Of a stretch of DNA of 51,607 nucleotides, positions 26,916-37,671 are shown piece after piece. The DNA is from a virus. Taxonomy: Duplodnaviria > Caudoviricetes. How positions within the stretch are numbered: position 1 is the first letter of the stretch; every line of letters starts with the position of its first letter. The position numbers and the translations under genes were made by a program. The notes under the pieces were generated by a model, which saw only the letters and a program-made list of their open reading frames with translations, was not told the origin of the DNA and did not search any database. The stretch lies in the IMG/VR virus record IMGVR_UViG_3300020336_000010, positions 1-51,607 of that record; one strand, given 5' to 3'.

Positions 26916-28762
26916 TATCTTCTCCCGTCTGGCCTAATGTCTAATCTTAGTGTTCCAAAACGTACATTAGCATTTGTTGCATTAGTGTCTATTTTTAAAT
27001 TAGCTTGTCTACCTCGACCACGAACTGAAAATTGATTAGTGGTTGCACCTACTGTAGATGTAAATGTTCTAACTGCAGTAGTTGCTGGATAGTTTGAAAA
27101 AGTTATAGTTATATCAGCAGTACCTGTTTGATTTTTAAAATCAGGTATAACTCTTGAACAATGAAACAAGTCTTCACCATCTGCAATATCAAAATCACCT
27201 GAGGTAATAGAAGAAGGCATAGCATTACCAGCAGCATTAAATCCATCTTCATGAGCCCATAAATAAGCAGCGCCATTCGTTACACCTTGTACAGTACCTT
27301 GTGTTGGTTTTAAAGTTGGCACGTATTCTGTTGCGTACGGGTTAGCATAAATACCTCGGTCCATCCAAGAAGTTCTTGTAAAGCCGTCATTAGTATACCA
27401 CACATTTTCTAAATAATTATATGTTACCGAAGCGTTTAAAACAGCAGATCCATTAGTTGGATAAAACCATGTTACTTCGTTAAAGTCTGTATTTACTGCA
27501 GCTGTAACTTGTTGTTGGGTGGTTGTATCAATGTCATCAAAGACAAAATCCTGCACCGTACAATCTAGTTTTTTAATTGCACCATCAAACATGTAGAACG
27601 CTGTTTGCGACATCCAAAATGTTTGACCGTTAACATCAACCACAGAACCTGGTGACACTGCGCCACAGTTTGCACCGATCTGATTTAAACCAAATATAAA
27701 AGGCGGACCAATGTTGTTTAGTGCGTGTAGTGCCGTATCTGTCCATACAAGAATAGATCCCCTTGATCTGGCAGCAGATACAATCTTAGAACCATCTTGT
27801 ATTCTAAACGAACCAGCAGTGTTAGTACTAGCTGGTGCCCACAAACTTGGGTTCTCTTGTGAAGAAAATCTAAGAAATAAATCGTCTTGTGTATTCGTTT
27901 GACCTACCGTTGTTTCTGTTCCAAATAAAAATATATGTCTGTCAGGAGAGGATACTAATAAAAACCTTGACGCTGTTGGCGATGTTGATACCAAAGCTGC
28001 GGGCGTACCAACCCCTGCAGATAAATCCCATTTGTATAAAGCACCGTCGTTTCTAATTGCTAACAAATCTTCACCAAACGTATCAAAAGACCAATACGTT
28101 GCATCTAATACTAATGTTGATGATGAACGCGGTGTTCCCCACGTTCCTTGGTTCCAAGTTCCTGTACCCCAACCTAAACCATACGAAGATGTTGCAGTAC
28201 CGTTTGTTATGTCATAAGTAAAAGTAGCATTACCAACACTAGGTGTTCCAGTTGCGTTTGCAGTTGCCGCTGGATTAGTAACTTGTATAGTATAAGTGTT
28301 TGCATCCGGCACAGTTAATATTTCAAACTCTTTGTCATTTAAAACAAGAGTGTTAACAGCGTTATTTAGGCTTGATATTTTTACAAAGTCTCCAACAATA
28401 GCACCATGTGAAGCATCCGTTACTGTTACCGTTGCTGAATTGTTTGCTGTAGTAAAAGCATTAGAACGAACCTGTGTTCTTCTAACTGGTGTAATATCGT
28501 AAGCCAAGCCTTCTGAATAAACATACAGTTTTCTATCGGTACCTATTGCTACAAAACGAATGCCGCCAAGAGACACCCAACCTTTCATAGCTCTTGGTAC
28601 TCCAATTAAAGTTGTAGAAAGAACAGATGTCCAACCACCAATTTTTTCTGGTAGACCTGAACGAAAACGCATATTAGTAGAATCAACCCAACGACCTTCA
28701 GCGCCGTATTGAGTAACTTGCTTGTCTATTCCTGGTCTAAATTGTATTTTTGATAAAGCCAC
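26915..28762 (-). CDS. Tail nozzle / DNA stabilisation protein (P22 gp10 / T7 gp12 analogue)
   Basis: 615 aa beta-propeller-like; LRFSSQE...AGSFR, WTDTAL, C-terminal DIRPDGRR; position. Confidence 0.7.
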   Translation of the reverse strand: MALSKIQFRPGIDKQVTQYGAEGRWVDSTNMRFRSGLPEKIGGWTSVLSTTLIGVPRAMKGWVSLGGIRFVAIGTDRKLYVYSEGLAYDITPVRRTQVRSNAFTTANNSATVTVTDASHGAIVGDFVKISSLNNAVNTLVLNDKEFEILTVPDANTYTIQVTNPAATANATGTPSVGNATFTYDITNGTATSSYGLGWGTGTWNQGTWGTPRSSSTLVLDATYWSFDTFGEDLLAIRNDGALYKWDLSAGVGTPAALVSTSPTASRFLLVSSPDRHIFLFGTETTVGQTNTQDDLFLRFSSQENPSLWAPASTNTAGSFRIQDGSKIVSAARSRGSILVWTDTALHALNNIGPPFIFGLNQIGANCGAVSPGSVVDVNGQTFWMSQTAFYMFDGAIKKLDCTVQDFVFDDIDTTTQQQVTAAVNTDFNEVTWFYPTNGSAVLNASVTYNYLENVWYTNDGFTRTSWMDRGIYANPYATEYVPTLKPTQGTVQGVTNGAAYLWAHEDGFNAAGNAMPSSITSGDFDIADGEDLFHCSRVIPDFKNQTGTADITITFSNYPATTAVRTFTSTVGATTNQFSVRGRGRQANLKIDTNATNANVRFGTLRLDIRPDGRR

Positions 28763-29785
28763 TTAAGCAGTCCTTTTCCACATATATACTACAATATATG
28801 GGTTCATGTGGTTTACTGCATCTCCACTACCAACATTGCTACTTGTAAATGTTCCACTTGCTGAACCTTGGTCACCTCTTTGTGGTATGTGGTCTGTTCC
28901 GTCTTCGTGTCGTATTCCTTGACCCATTGACCACCCTGAAAAAGTATGATTATGAGCAGGTAAGTTTGCTTCTGCAAGAGTATGTGTTTTAGCACCACCA
29001 GTTTCTTCAGCAGTATCAAAGTCTGAATCACCACTATCAATACCTACAGGTACACGACCTGCACCAAAAGCAGCCCAAGTTCCAAATCCTAAAAGTGAAC
29101 TAGGGTTAGCTGAGCTTGTTGCGTTCATATAAATAGAACCGACAGGATAAGCAGCGGTTAAGGTTGTTAGGTTGGCACCGCTTCCGCTCACATTAGTAGC
29201 ATTTAAATTAGTTAAGGCGCTACCGTTTAATGCAGGAAGTGTTGCTGGAAATCTTGCATCAGGCACTGTACCTGAAGCTAAAGCACTTGCGTTTAAGTTT
29301 GTAAGACTTGCACCTGAACCACTGAAAGTAGTTGCAGTAAGTATACCCGCAACGCTTGCTCCTCCACTAGTGGTAGAAAAACGTAAACTATTATTATGAT
29401 ATGCATTAAAAGCACCTGTTGATGAAGCATTGAACATGTTTAATGTATTGCCGTCATCTCTAGCGACAATGCTGTCAGAATTTAAATTTAAATTACCTGT
29501 AGAATTTTTTATGTAAGAATTAGAACTGTCGTGATAAAGATCTAAATCTGTTGCACCACCTGTACCAATATACAAATGTACGTTGTCATTTAATGTTACG
29601 TTGCCAGTAAAAGTACCACCGGTTGCACCAAACTTAGCATCTAATTGTGTTTGGATATCTGACGTAGTGCCATCTAAGTGTTGAAACTCAGTGTTAGTTA
29701 CAGAGCCATCAGCAATGTTTGGTGATTGTATTGCAGTGATTGCACTACCAACAAAACTATATTTAACTGCTTCGTATGTTGCCAT
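28763..29785 (-). CDS. Tail fibre with T4 gp10 C-terminal/collar-like tip
   Basis: AYPVGSIY...NP..LLGFGTW...GRVPVG...GGAKTHTL...LPAHNH...PYIVVYMWKRTA. Confidence 0.8.
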   Translation of the reverse strand: MATYEAVKYSFVGSAITAIQSPNIADGSVTNTEFQHLDGTTSDIQTQLDAKFGATGGTFTGNVTLNDNVHLYIGTGGATDLDLYHDSSNSYIKNSTGNLNLNSDSIVARDDGNTLNMFNASSTGAFNAYHNNSLRFSTTSGGASVAGILTATTFSGSGASLTNLNASALASGTVPDARFPATLPALNGSALTNLNATNVSGSGANLTTLTAAYPVGSIYMNATSSANPSSLLGFGTWAAFGAGRVPVGIDSGDSDFDTAEETGGAKTHTLAEANLPAHNHTFSGWSMGQGIRHEDGTDHIPQRGDQGSASGTFTSSNVGSGDAVNHMNPYIVVYMWKRTA

Positions 29786-30987
29786 TATGATATCCTTTGA
29801 AATAATCCGCCGCCAGAAATAGTATAAGTTCCACCGCTGTTTCCTGAAGTGGTAAACTTATTATAAATAGGGGATGAAATACATCTCCAAGTCCCTGTTT
29901 CAGTTGCTCTAGTTTTATTTTGTATACCGCCAGAGGTTCCAGCAAACCCTGGAACAAGATAACCAAGACTACTTGTGTCTTGTGGTCCAGAGGAACTAGC
30001 GCTGTTGTTATATTCTACAGAACTGGATAAATATTTATTACTAGAATTATATGTGGATGGAACAACTTCAGTCCCGACACCTATACTAGTATTACTATCA
30101 GTACCAGAACCATCGTAATAAAGAGCAAAATATTTTATAGCCCCTACAGCTGTAGAACTACTAGGAACTGTATCAATACCTGTTAAAGCAGAACCATCAA
30201 TTGCAGGTAAAGCTCCTGTTAGTTTACTCGCAGTTAAACTTGATATTCTTGCATCAGCTACAGTACCAGATGAAATATTTGATCCGTTTATACTTGTTAC
30301 ACTAGCACCGTTTCCAGATAAAGTTCCAGCCACATTACTAACAGAAATACTAGAAGGTAGCCTTGCATTAGCCAGCGTTCCCGAAGCTACATTAGAAGCG
30401 TTGATACTAGTTATTGAACCACCGTTCAATGCTGCATAGGTACCTATTAAATTAGCGGCATTTAATGACGTTAACGCTGTTCCAACCAATGCTGGCAAAG
30501 TGCCAGGAGAAGCTATGTTAGCTGCAGTTAAAGCAGATAAGCTGGCACCGTTTCCACTAAAACTTGTTGCTACTAAAGCCCCTGTTACCGTGGCTCCCGT
30601 ATTACTGGTTTCTATTTTTTTTGCTCCGCCAAAGAATAACTCAGCCGCGCCGTTTGCGGTGTAAGTAGCCATGTCATTACCACTAGCGTCTTCTATAGTA
30701 ATAGAGTTTCCTTTAACAAAACCAACAGTACCATTACTAGTAAGAATTAAATCATTACCATTACCAACGTTAAGATCAACGTTGTCCGCTAAAGTTACAT
30801 CACTAGTAAACGTGCCCCCGGCTGCACCAAATTTAGAATTAAGCTGTGTTTGAATTGATGATGTTGCATCTACAGTTTGAAACTCAGTATTAGTTACAGA
30901 ACCATTAGCAATAGTTGGTGATGGTATTGATGCGGAATCAATGTTGGCACCTGTAAATTGATAGCGTACACTTTCGTAAGTTGCCAT
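29785..30987 (-). CDS. Tail fibre, paralogue of the neighbouring fibre
   Basis: Shared MATYE.V.Y.F N-terminus and GSGASL/NASN repeats. Confidence 0.8.
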   Translation of the reverse strand: MATYESVRYQFTGANIDSASIPSPTIANGSVTNTEFQTVDATSSIQTQLNSKFGAAGGTFTSDVTLADNVDLNVGNGNDLILTSNGTVGFVKGNSITIEDASGNDMATYTANGAAELFFGGAKKIETSNTGATVTGALVATSFSGNGASLSALTAANIASPGTLPALVGTALTSLNAANLIGTYAALNGGSITSINASNVASGTLANARLPSSISVSNVAGTLSGNGASVTSINGSNISSGTVADARISSLTASKLTGALPAIDGSALTGIDTVPSSSTAVGAIKYFALYYDGSGTDSNTSIGVGTEVVPSTYNSSNKYLSSSVEYNNSASSSGPQDTSSLGYLVPGFAGTSGGIQNKTRATETGTWRCISSPIYNKFTTSGNSGGTYTISGGGLFQRIS

Positions 30988-30990
30988 TAT

Positions 30991-31743
30991 TTATTTCCCC
31001 GTTAATTTCCAACCCGGATCTGCCGCTCCTGTATAAACAATCGTGAACGCCGCGTTGTTTGTATTTACTGTTCCATTTGCTGTTGCACCAAATATTTTAT
31101 TTGAACCACCAGCGTTTAAAGTTAAAGGGTTACTTGCAAACGTTCCGTTTCTATCTAAAAACGATATCTCGTCACCTACAACTAAATTAGTAGTTGGTAA
31201 AGTTATAGTACACGCTTGACCAGATGTATTAACCATAATTTTATCTCCAACATAAGCTGTTGCTGTTGCTGTTGCTACTGTACGCCAAACGTTTTGTGAT
31301 TGATCTAGATCATGCCACGTGTTAGCAGAACCGTCTGTAACTACACCAGTGTTAGCCGCTGCGAGTAAAACTTTTCTTAACGGTTGCACGACATGTGTTG
31401 CACCAGCAGCTCCAAGTCTCATTGTAATTGTATATTGGTTTGAATTGTTAATAACAAAAAACATTTTTTGAGTAGCTACACATTGTACAATGGTGTTTTG
31501 ACCAGCGCTAATTACATTAAGTGCGAATTGTCTTTGTTGGTTATTTGCTGCAGGTACACCACCATCAGCAGAAGTTAAGACTACAGTTGCTGCTGCTCCT
31601 GATAAATTTAATGTATAAACTCCAGCGATTGCGTCTTCTATAGTGTTTGTTAAAGTGTTGTTAGTTGTAGAACCCCACGAGTTTGATTGTTCTCCTGGAT
31701 TAATAAGCTCTATGCCTAATCTATTTGAATAACTTGATGCCAT
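30991..31743 (-). CDS. Tail/virion structural protein
   Basis: MASSYSNRLGIEL...WGSTTN N-terminus; VNTS...TITLP...GDEISFLD C-terminal module. Confidence 0.75.
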   Translation of the reverse strand: MASSYSNRLGIELINPGEQSNSWGSTTNNTLTNTIEDAIAGVYTLNLSGAAATVVLTSADGGVPAANNQQRQFALNVISAGQNTIVQCVATQKMFFVINNSNQYTITMRLGAAGATHVVQPLRKVLLAAANTGVVTDGSANTWHDLDQSQNVWRTVATATATAYVGDKIMVNTSGQACTITLPTTNLVVGDEISFLDRNGTFASNPLTLNAGGSNKIFGATANGTVNTNNAAFTIVYTGAADPGWKLTGK

Positions 31744-31751
31744 ATTTTATC

Positions 31752-32765
31752 CTATACCGGCGTCCATGAGCCGCCTGAACCTGTTGTATCATCTACAGGA
31801 GTCCACGAGTTTGCTGGCGCACTTGGTACGTCAGTCCATGTGTCTCCTGAGTTAGTTGTATCATCAACATCGGTCCATGTAAAGACTGCAGTTGCACCTA
31901 ATTCAGCAGTTAAAGGTAGACTAGATAACACAACAGTTGTCTCTAATGCTACTTGACCAACAGCTGCAGTTGCAGATAATTGCGTTGCAAAAGCTCTACT
32001 TTCAGCTGTAATTGTACCTAACGACATTGTTGTGCTTAAACCTGTTAAAGCTACGTTTGCGTTTAAAAATAATGTTTCTTGTCCTAATGTCATAGTTAAA
32101 GGAAAAGAGCCTAGTGTTGTTGCTGTTTCAGCTACTACTTGTCCTAACGCTGTCGACACACTAACTCCAGTAACTTCATGTGTTTTATTTATTACTACTA
32201 TTTCGTCGCCTAAAGCTGTTTGTGCACTAACTCCAGTAGAATTTATATCTGCATTACCAACGGCAACAACTTGACCTACCGCTGATGTTGTCGGTGAAAG
32301 TGTGCTTTGTGTAACAGTAGTACCTGCAGAAATAGTTTCATTACCTAGTGCTACTGCTGCACTAACTCCAGTTACTTCGTGAGTTTTATTAATAACTAAT
32401 GATGTGTTGCCTAAAACTGTATTGACTGTAACTCCAGACGGTAACGCTGTTAAAACTCCTAATTCATGTTGTTGTAATGTTGTTGTAACCGAGACACCTG
32501 TTTGTACTAAATTAGAATCAGCATTAACAGTTTCATCACCAAGTATTGCGGGTACTGTTAAACCAGAAGGCAGCGCTATCATTTCTAAAGAAACTTGTCC
32601 TAGTGCTAATGTAATTGATTGTGTTGGTACGTTGTGTAAATTTTCTACAGAATAATCTGGACCATTAATATTAAGACTAAGACCAGATATTGATACTTCT
32701 GCATCAGGTTTAATTGGTGAACTAGCAAAGGCCTGTCCCGCAAAACTGGCTAATGAATTATCCAT
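31752..32765 (-). CDS. Thr/Val/Ser-rich repetitive virion fibre/spike protein
   Basis: Repeated TGVS..TALG units; VINKTHEVTGVS duplicated; WT(D/P)V C-terminal repeats. Confidence 0.7.
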   Translation of the reverse strand: MDNSLASFAGQAFASSPIKPDAEVSISGLSLNINGPDYSVENLHNVPTQSITLALGQVSLEMIALPSGLTVPAILGDETVNADSNLVQTGVSVTTTLQQHELGVLTALPSGVTVNTVLGNTSLVINKTHEVTGVSAAVALGNETISAGTTVTQSTLSPTTSAVGQVVAVGNADINSTGVSAQTALGDEIVVINKTHEVTGVSVSTALGQVVAETATTLGSFPLTMTLGQETLFLNANVALTGLSTTMSLGTITAESRAFATQLSATAAVGQVALETTVVLSSLPLTAELGATAVFTWTDVDDTTNSGDTWTDVPSAPANSWTPVDDTTGSGGSWTPV

Positions 32766-34855
32766 TATTTATCCTTTTTCTTGTCGTCTAATTCTTTGAT
32801 TGCTTCAATTAATAAAGGAACGAGTTTATCATACCAAACCGTTAAATATTTTTCATCTATAGGAGCTTCAGTAACTACTTCTGGTAAAACTGCTTCTACT
32901 TCTTGTGCACTAACACCTACTTGACGTTTATCGTTGTCATAACCAAGTGACTTTGCTATTTCATTTTCTTTAAAATAATAACCTGTCAAAGCTTTTACCT
33001 TATCTAGTGCAGACTCAATCGGTCCTTCAAAATCTTTTAGACGCGAGTCAGAATAATATGCAGAAATATTGTTGGTCGCACGAATTTCTCCACCAGTCCC
33101 TGATGCTGCTGTACCAACACCTAAACTATTTACTTGTGCATTTGAGTTTGTAGAAAAACCACCTGTTGGGCCGGTTGGTCCTGTTGGACCGGTAGGACCG
33201 GTACCACCACTTGGACCTGTTGGGCCGTTTGGACCTGTCGGGCCTGTAGGACCTGGACCACCTGTAGGACCTGTACCACCCGCTGGACCTGTCGGTCCGT
33301 CTGGACCTTCTGGACCGGTACCACCTGCTGGTCCACTTGGACCTGTACCACCCGCTGGACCTGTCGGGCCTGTAGGACCGGTTGCACCGGCTGGAATAGT
33401 AAACGCGAAAACTTTAGCTGTGTTAGGACCACTAGCACTAACACCAATAGGGCCAGTACTTGCAGTAGGAGTTCCAAAACCTGCTGCTGGACCGGTAGGA
33501 CCTGTTGGTCCTCCTGGGCCGGTAGGACCCGTTGGACCTGTAGGACCGTCTGGACCGTCTGGACCGTCTGGACCTGTTGGTCCAGTGCCTCCTGTTGGAC
33601 CTGTAGGACCGTTTGGCCCCGTTGGACCGGTAGGACCCGTTGATCCTGCTGCTCCCGCAGGTATAGTAAACGCAAAAACTTTAGCTGTTGCTGGGCCACT
33701 TGAAGTAACACCAATAGGACCAGTTTGTGCTGTTGGAGTTCCAAAACCTGCCGCTGTTCCAGTTGGTCCGGTTGGACCAGTGCCGCCGGTTGGACCTGTA
33801 GGTCCGTTTGGACCGTCTGGACCTGTTGGACCAGTACCGCCTGCTGGACCTGTGGGTCCGTCTGGACCGTCTGGACCTGTTGGTCCAGGACCTCCAGTTG
33901 GTCCGGTTGGACCTGTTGGACCAGTACCACCGGTTGGACCTGCTGGTCCTTGTGCCGCGACATTAGCAATAGTTGCTTTTTTAATAGCTGATCCTGATGT
34001 GTCGTAAACTGCTAATAGATCATCACTAGCAATAGAAGTAGTAACTGGATTACCGGAAACAGTGTCACCAACTAAGACTCCGGTCAGGGTCGCCCCGGTC
34101 GCAGAGGTTTCGAACTTTTTAACGCCATTATAAAACATATTAGATGCACCATCTGAAGCTGCACTAAACATTGCCTCTGATACAGCCGCATTAGTTACAT
34201 TAAATGTACTAGCCGCAATAGTTAAAGCACCAGTACCAGCATCTTTAATATAAGAATTTCCATCAGGTGCATCGTGATAAATCTGTAAGTCATCACCTGC
34301 TCCAAAATTAGCTTTGATATTATCACCAAAACTTATTTGACCTGTCATCGTGCCACCAGTTCGCATTAACGCGCCAGCGGAAGTTACATTAGTTGTATCG
34401 GTAACATCAGCACTAGCTTCTATGCCATCTAACTTAGTACCATCAGTGCTTACGTCACGACCATCCACGGTCCCCGCTACGGCAAGATTGTTGCCGGTAG
34501 CACTAACGCCTGATGATAAAGATACGGTGTCGGAATTGTCGATAAACACGGCCCTTGCAGCGGGCTGCGTACAAAATATTTGTTTGGTTCCAGCGGAGAA
34601 ATTAACAGCACTGTCACTGTTAGATGATGATAGTACCGATGTTCGTGTTAGGTTAGCACTTGATCCATCAAGTGTACCAACGCCAACTTCAAACTCGCCT
34701 AAGGTTGTGTGAAAAATAGCATAGTAAGTAACATTATTATTACCTATACCTGAACCAAACGTTTCAAAGCCAGCTACAGCTCCCCCGAGAGCAATTGCTC
34801 CTGTGCCTGTAGTCGTGCTGGTTTCTTTAACCCGATCATTAAGAACAAATGCCAT
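32765..34855 (-). CDS. Collagen-like tail fibre with C-terminal peptidase S74 intramolecular chaperone
   Basis: [16 protein letters not shown]-terminus; long Gly-Pro-Thr tracts; YSDSRLKD...[14 protein letters not shown]...[15 protein letters not shown]. Confidence 0.9.
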   Translation of the reverse strand: MAFVLNDRVKETSTTTGTGAIALGGAVAGFETFGSGIGNNNVTYYAIFHTTLGEFEVGVGTLDGSSANLTRTSVLSSSNSDSAVNFSAGTKQIFCTQPAARAVFIDNSDTVSLSSGVSATGNNLAVAGTVDGRDVSTDGTKLDGIEASADVTDTTNVTSAGALMRTGGTMTGQISFGDNIKANFGAGDDLQIYHDAPDGNSYIKDAGTGALTIAASTFNVTNAAVSEAMFSAASDGASNMFYNGVKKFETSATGATLTGVLVGDTVSGNPVTTSIASDDLLAVYDTSGSAIKKATIANVAAQGPAGPTGGTGPTGPTGPTGGPGPTGPDGPDGPTGPAGGTGPTGPDGPNGPTGPTGGTGPTGPTGTAAGFGTPTAQTGPIGVTSSGPATAKVFAFTIPAGAAGSTGPTGPTGPNGPTGPTGGTGPTGPDGPDGPDGPTGPTGPTGPGGPTGPTGPAAGFGTPTASTGPIGVSASGPNTAKVFAFTIPAGATGPTGPTGPAGGTGPSGPAGGTGPEGPDGPTGPAGGTGPTGGPGPTGPTGPNGPTGPSGGTGPTGPTGPTGPTGGFSTNSNAQVNSLGVGTAASGTGGEIRATNNISAYYSDSRLKDFEGPIESALDKVKALTGYYFKENEIAKSLGYDNDKRQVGVSAQEVEAVLPEVVTEAPIDEKYLTVWYDKLVPLLIEAIKELDDKKKDK
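33160..33952 (-). repeat. Collagen G-X-Y coding repeat with two inserted ~35 aa non-collagen modules
   Basis: 9-bp periodic ggacc/ggtcc repeats; [35 protein letters not shown] twice. Confidence 0.95.
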
Positions 34856-34868
34856 TTAGATTTGCTCC

Positions 34869-35318
34869 TTACGACAGTCTTAGAATCTCAGAACCACCGC
34901 CCGCAGTTGGGAATTGAATTGTAAAAGTACCATTAGTCGCTGTGAACGTTCCACCAAAACTCAATACTGCTACTGCATCATTTGTAGGAGCAGGACCGTC
35001 TGAACGATACATCAAACCACCTGCAGCCGAGAAGCTTGCATTTGGCCAAGATATATTATCAAAGTCAGCGTACGCAGTTGAAGCAGAAGAACCACCAACA
35101 ACGGCAGGGTTTTGTAAAGCATTTCCCGCTGTTGTGTAGCCATTTCCATTAGCTACTTGGTTGTCTGATGCTGTCGCTGCATAGTTTGCTGTCGTCGCGC
35201 CTAAAGTTGCAGAAGAAGTATATAACGATATTTTGTATGTAGCGCCACCGTCAAAGTCATGATTGCCTTTTAACAGTTCTTGTTTAAATACATTGCATAC
35301 TGCTTGTGATATTGCCAT
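34869..35318 (-). CDS. Virion structural protein
   Basis: MAISQAVCNVFKQELLKGNHDF...GTFTIQFP, common in this type of tail cluster. Confidence 0.75.
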   Translation of the reverse strand: MAISQAVCNVFKQELLKGNHDFDGGATYKISLYTSSATLGATTANYAATASDNQVANGNGYTTAGNALQNPAVVGGSSASTAYADFDNISWPNASFSAAGGLMYRSDGPAPTNDAVAVLSFGGTFTATNGTFTIQFPTAGGGSEILRLS

Positions 35319-35329
35319 AATTTTTCTCC

Positions 35330-36067
35330 TTAAGGGTTATTAGAAGGAACGGGTACCCTTAGTTCGCCATCCCTGTATTCATCACGTTTTTTCTTACCTA
35401 GTTGCTCAGTTGCTAATCCTTGTAAAGCCAATTGATATGACTGTTCGTAGAGTTGCAACATTTCTGCAGGGCCTTTTAAGAATTTAAATGCATCGGAAAG
35501 ACATGCAAATAAAAAAGCGCGTGGAGCATTTACACTTAACCACGTTGTGTTCGGAGACGTTGATTTCATGTCTACCAAACTTGTTGGCTTTTTAACCAAA
35601 GCCAATTCTACCTTATACGCCTGATTTTGTGAAGGCGCAATATATATTGTTTGTTGGTCCCAAACCGCAAAGTATTTTGGTATAACACCTGTAGCCGCAG
35701 GAGTCGTACGATTAGGCCAATACTCTATAAGAAAAGATAAATCTTTTCTTGTCATAAAATGTCGTTCGTTAGGAATATTATTAGTTTCTGTGTATATTTG
35801 AGCATATCTAATACTAGAAAAATCTGTCAAATTTGCTCCTGGCATAGCCACTAACGGGTTAGCTTGATTTGCCGGTGCTGCTGATGGTGCTGCTACCGTT
35901 GCTGTTTCATAAGCAAGGTCTGCTGGAATCTCAATATCTCTAAATATTCTAAACTCAACCATTCTTATTAATTCATCTAATAAGTCATTAGTAGTTGTAT
36001 TAGTCCAGATAGCACTATCTGTTTCTGTCCAAGACAATATATTTTGAATCATTTCTGCGTAGGTCAT
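35330..36067 (-). CDS. Head-tail adaptor / tail tubular protein
   Basis: MTYAE...E.RIFRD...PKYFA.W...IAP...TWLS.NAP...RDEYRDG. Confidence 0.7.
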   Translation of the reverse strand: MTYAEMIQNILSWTETDSAIWTNTTTNDLLDELIRMVEFRIFRDIEIPADLAYETATVAAPSAAPANQANPLVAMPGANLTDFSSIRYAQIYTETNNIPNERHFMTRKDLSFLIEYWPNRTTPAATGVIPKYFAVWDQQTIYIAPSQNQAYKVELALVKKPTSLVDMKSTSPNTTWLSVNAPRAFLFACLSDAFKFLKGPAEMLQLYEQSYQLALQGLATEQLGKKKRDEYRDGELRVPVPSNNP

Positions 36068-36570
36068 GGTGACAATGTTACAGGACCTGCTGATACAAGT
36101 CCACCCCCTCCATTAATATTTCCTGTAGTGGCTGTAGAATTAGCAACCGTGAATAAATAGCTATTAGTATCTACCACTGTAATTGTATAACCATTAGCAT
36201 TAATAATATCAACATAGTTAATACCATCAAAACTTACAGGTACGTTTCTAAATCTCACTGTGTCTCCAGTAGTTCTACCGTGGTTTGGTTCTGTAACTGT
36301 AATTACAGCAGAACCAGAATTAGAAGTTTTAAAAGGATCACCAGGTAACATATTTGCTACTACCGGTTCTGTACGCGCCGGTCGAGCATCTCTTAAACCC
36401 TCTAAGTCACCAACTAATCTTCTAACTATTAGTTGTGGATGTTTTGGTTCCCATTCACTTTTATGTACAAATGAACCATTCCATTCATACATCATCTCTC
36501 TGTACGGGAAAGCCAGACCACTGCGATCTGATATAGCTTTTGATTTTTTTCCGCGTGCAAAATTAGACAT
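36064..36570 (-). CDS. Virion structural protein
   Basis: AISDRSG..FPY...EPKHPQL plus TVTEPNHG...GDTVRF beta module, which also occurs in the nozzle protein. Confidence 0.7.
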   Translation of the reverse strand: MSNFARGKKSKAISDRSGLAFPYREMMYEWNGSFVHKSEWEPKHPQLIVRRLVGDLEGLRDARPARTEPVVANMLPGDPFKTSNSGSAVITVTEPNHGRTTGDTVRFRNVPVSFDGINYVDIINANGYTITVVDTNSYLFTVANSTATTGNINGGGGLVSAGPVTLSP

Positions 36571-37318
36571 TTGGGTAATACGCCTGTGGTGTTAAATAAG
36601 TTGATGAAGACGAACCATCTTCTGTCAAAGCTCTATTTAATTCATCTTCGTAAATAAGTTTTAAGTTTTGGATATACTCTACTTTGTATTTTTGTGACAA
36701 GTAGTATGCAAGTCCTGCAATCATACAAGGTACAAAACGATAAGGTACATCAGTTACGTTGGTATATTCGCCAGCGTCTTGAATACGTTTTACGTAATAC
36801 ATAAAAATAAAATTACCTGCTGCAGTTGCGTCCGGTGTTGGGTAAACATTAAATGTTACATTGTCAGTAAACCGTTGTACGTAATATTGTGAAGGTGTTG
36901 ATTGATTTAATTTAGCAGATAATCCGTTGTAAGTTGATCGAGATATCTTAGTTAAAGCAGAATCAGATTGACTTGTTGTGCCATTGTTTCGTCTATATGC
37001 AGATTCTAAGATGTCATCTACACCATATAATGTAGTAGAATTATCAGGATTTAATACTGGAGAAGATGTTCCATCACTTGATGCTCTGTAGAAAACATAA
37101 GCTGATTGACCTTGAACCAAATTAATTAAAGTGTTTGCTATCTCCCAATAGTGCAAACCTCTATTAGCCCATTCTTGGAACATAATGTCCAATGAACGTC
37201 TTGCTGATTTCGCTTGATAACCGCTTACATTGACCATACCGATTCGCTCGTAAGCTTCTTCGATAACTTCGTCGATATAAAGCGTTTTCTCAAAAACGTT
37301 AGTTCCTGATGTCGCCAT
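36563..37318 (-). CDS. Head-tail adaptor (P22 gp4 / tail tubular A analogue)
   Basis: IEEAYERIG...SARRSL..MFQEWANRG...VPYRFVPCMIAGLAYYL. Confidence 0.7.
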   Translation of the reverse strand: MATSGTNVFEKTLYIDEVIEEAYERIGMVNVSGYQAKSARRSLDIMFQEWANRGLHYWEIANTLINLVQGQSAYVFYRASSDGTSSPVLNPDNSTTLYGVDDILESAYRRNNGTTSQSDSALTKISRSTYNGLSAKLNQSTPSQYYVQRFTDNVTFNVYPTPDATAAGNFIFMYYVKRIQDAGEYTNVTDVPYRFVPCMIAGLAYYLSQKYKVEYIQNLKLIYEDELNRALTEDGSSSSTYLTPQAYYPNV

Positions 37319-37329
37319 TTATATCTCCC

Positions 37330-37620
37330 TTACGTTGTTAATGTAACAGTAACCCCTGCATTAGCATTAGCTGTAATTGTTGCGTGAACATCTGTCTTAA
37401 ATAAAATTCCGCTACCTGGTACAAAAACACTTAAGCCTTCTGTTCCAAATTTATATACAGCTTTTACTGTTCCTGATCCACCACCGTCTCTAAGTGTGAG
37501 TGTGCTTTGTGCAATACCTGCACAAGTAATAGATGTGACTCTAGAACGTCCGGTATTCAAAGTACCAGTCGCTGCTGCGTGTTTTACGACTTGATCAGAT
37601 GTAAATGATCCTCCGCCCAT
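37330..37620 (-). CDS. Small virion structural protein
   Basis: 96 aa, PGSGILF motif, GGAG RBS. Confidence 0.75.
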   Translation of the reverse strand: MGGGSFTSDQVVKHAAATGTLNTGRSRVTSITCAGIAQSTLTLRDGGGSGTVKAVYKFGTEGLSVFVPGSGILFKTDVHATITANANAGVTVTLTT

Positions 37621-37637
37621 AATATTTTCTCCTATAC

Positions 37638-37659
37638 TTAGGGGCCCGAAGGCCCCTAA
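37638..37659 (-). other. C(UUCG)G hairpin without U tract (mRNA stabiliser/processing)
   Basis: TTAGGGGCCTTCGGGCCCCTAA on the minus strand. Confidence 0.7.
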
Positions 37660-37671
37660 TTTATTTTAAAG

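Noticed and set aside
28763-30987. Diversity-generating retroelement or invertible fibre cassette
   Set aside because: No reverse transcriptase, invertase or adenine-specific TR/VR pair seen; the similarity is ordinary paralogy
33160-33952. Repeat array as possible CRISPR
   Set aside because: 9-bp codon periodicity in frame with a protein; no unique spacers and no cas genes
33069-34007. Long plus-strand ORF (312 aa) and alternative-frame ORFs over the GPV/GPT repeats
   Set aside because: Shadow frames of the collagen-coding repeat; no RBS or independent features
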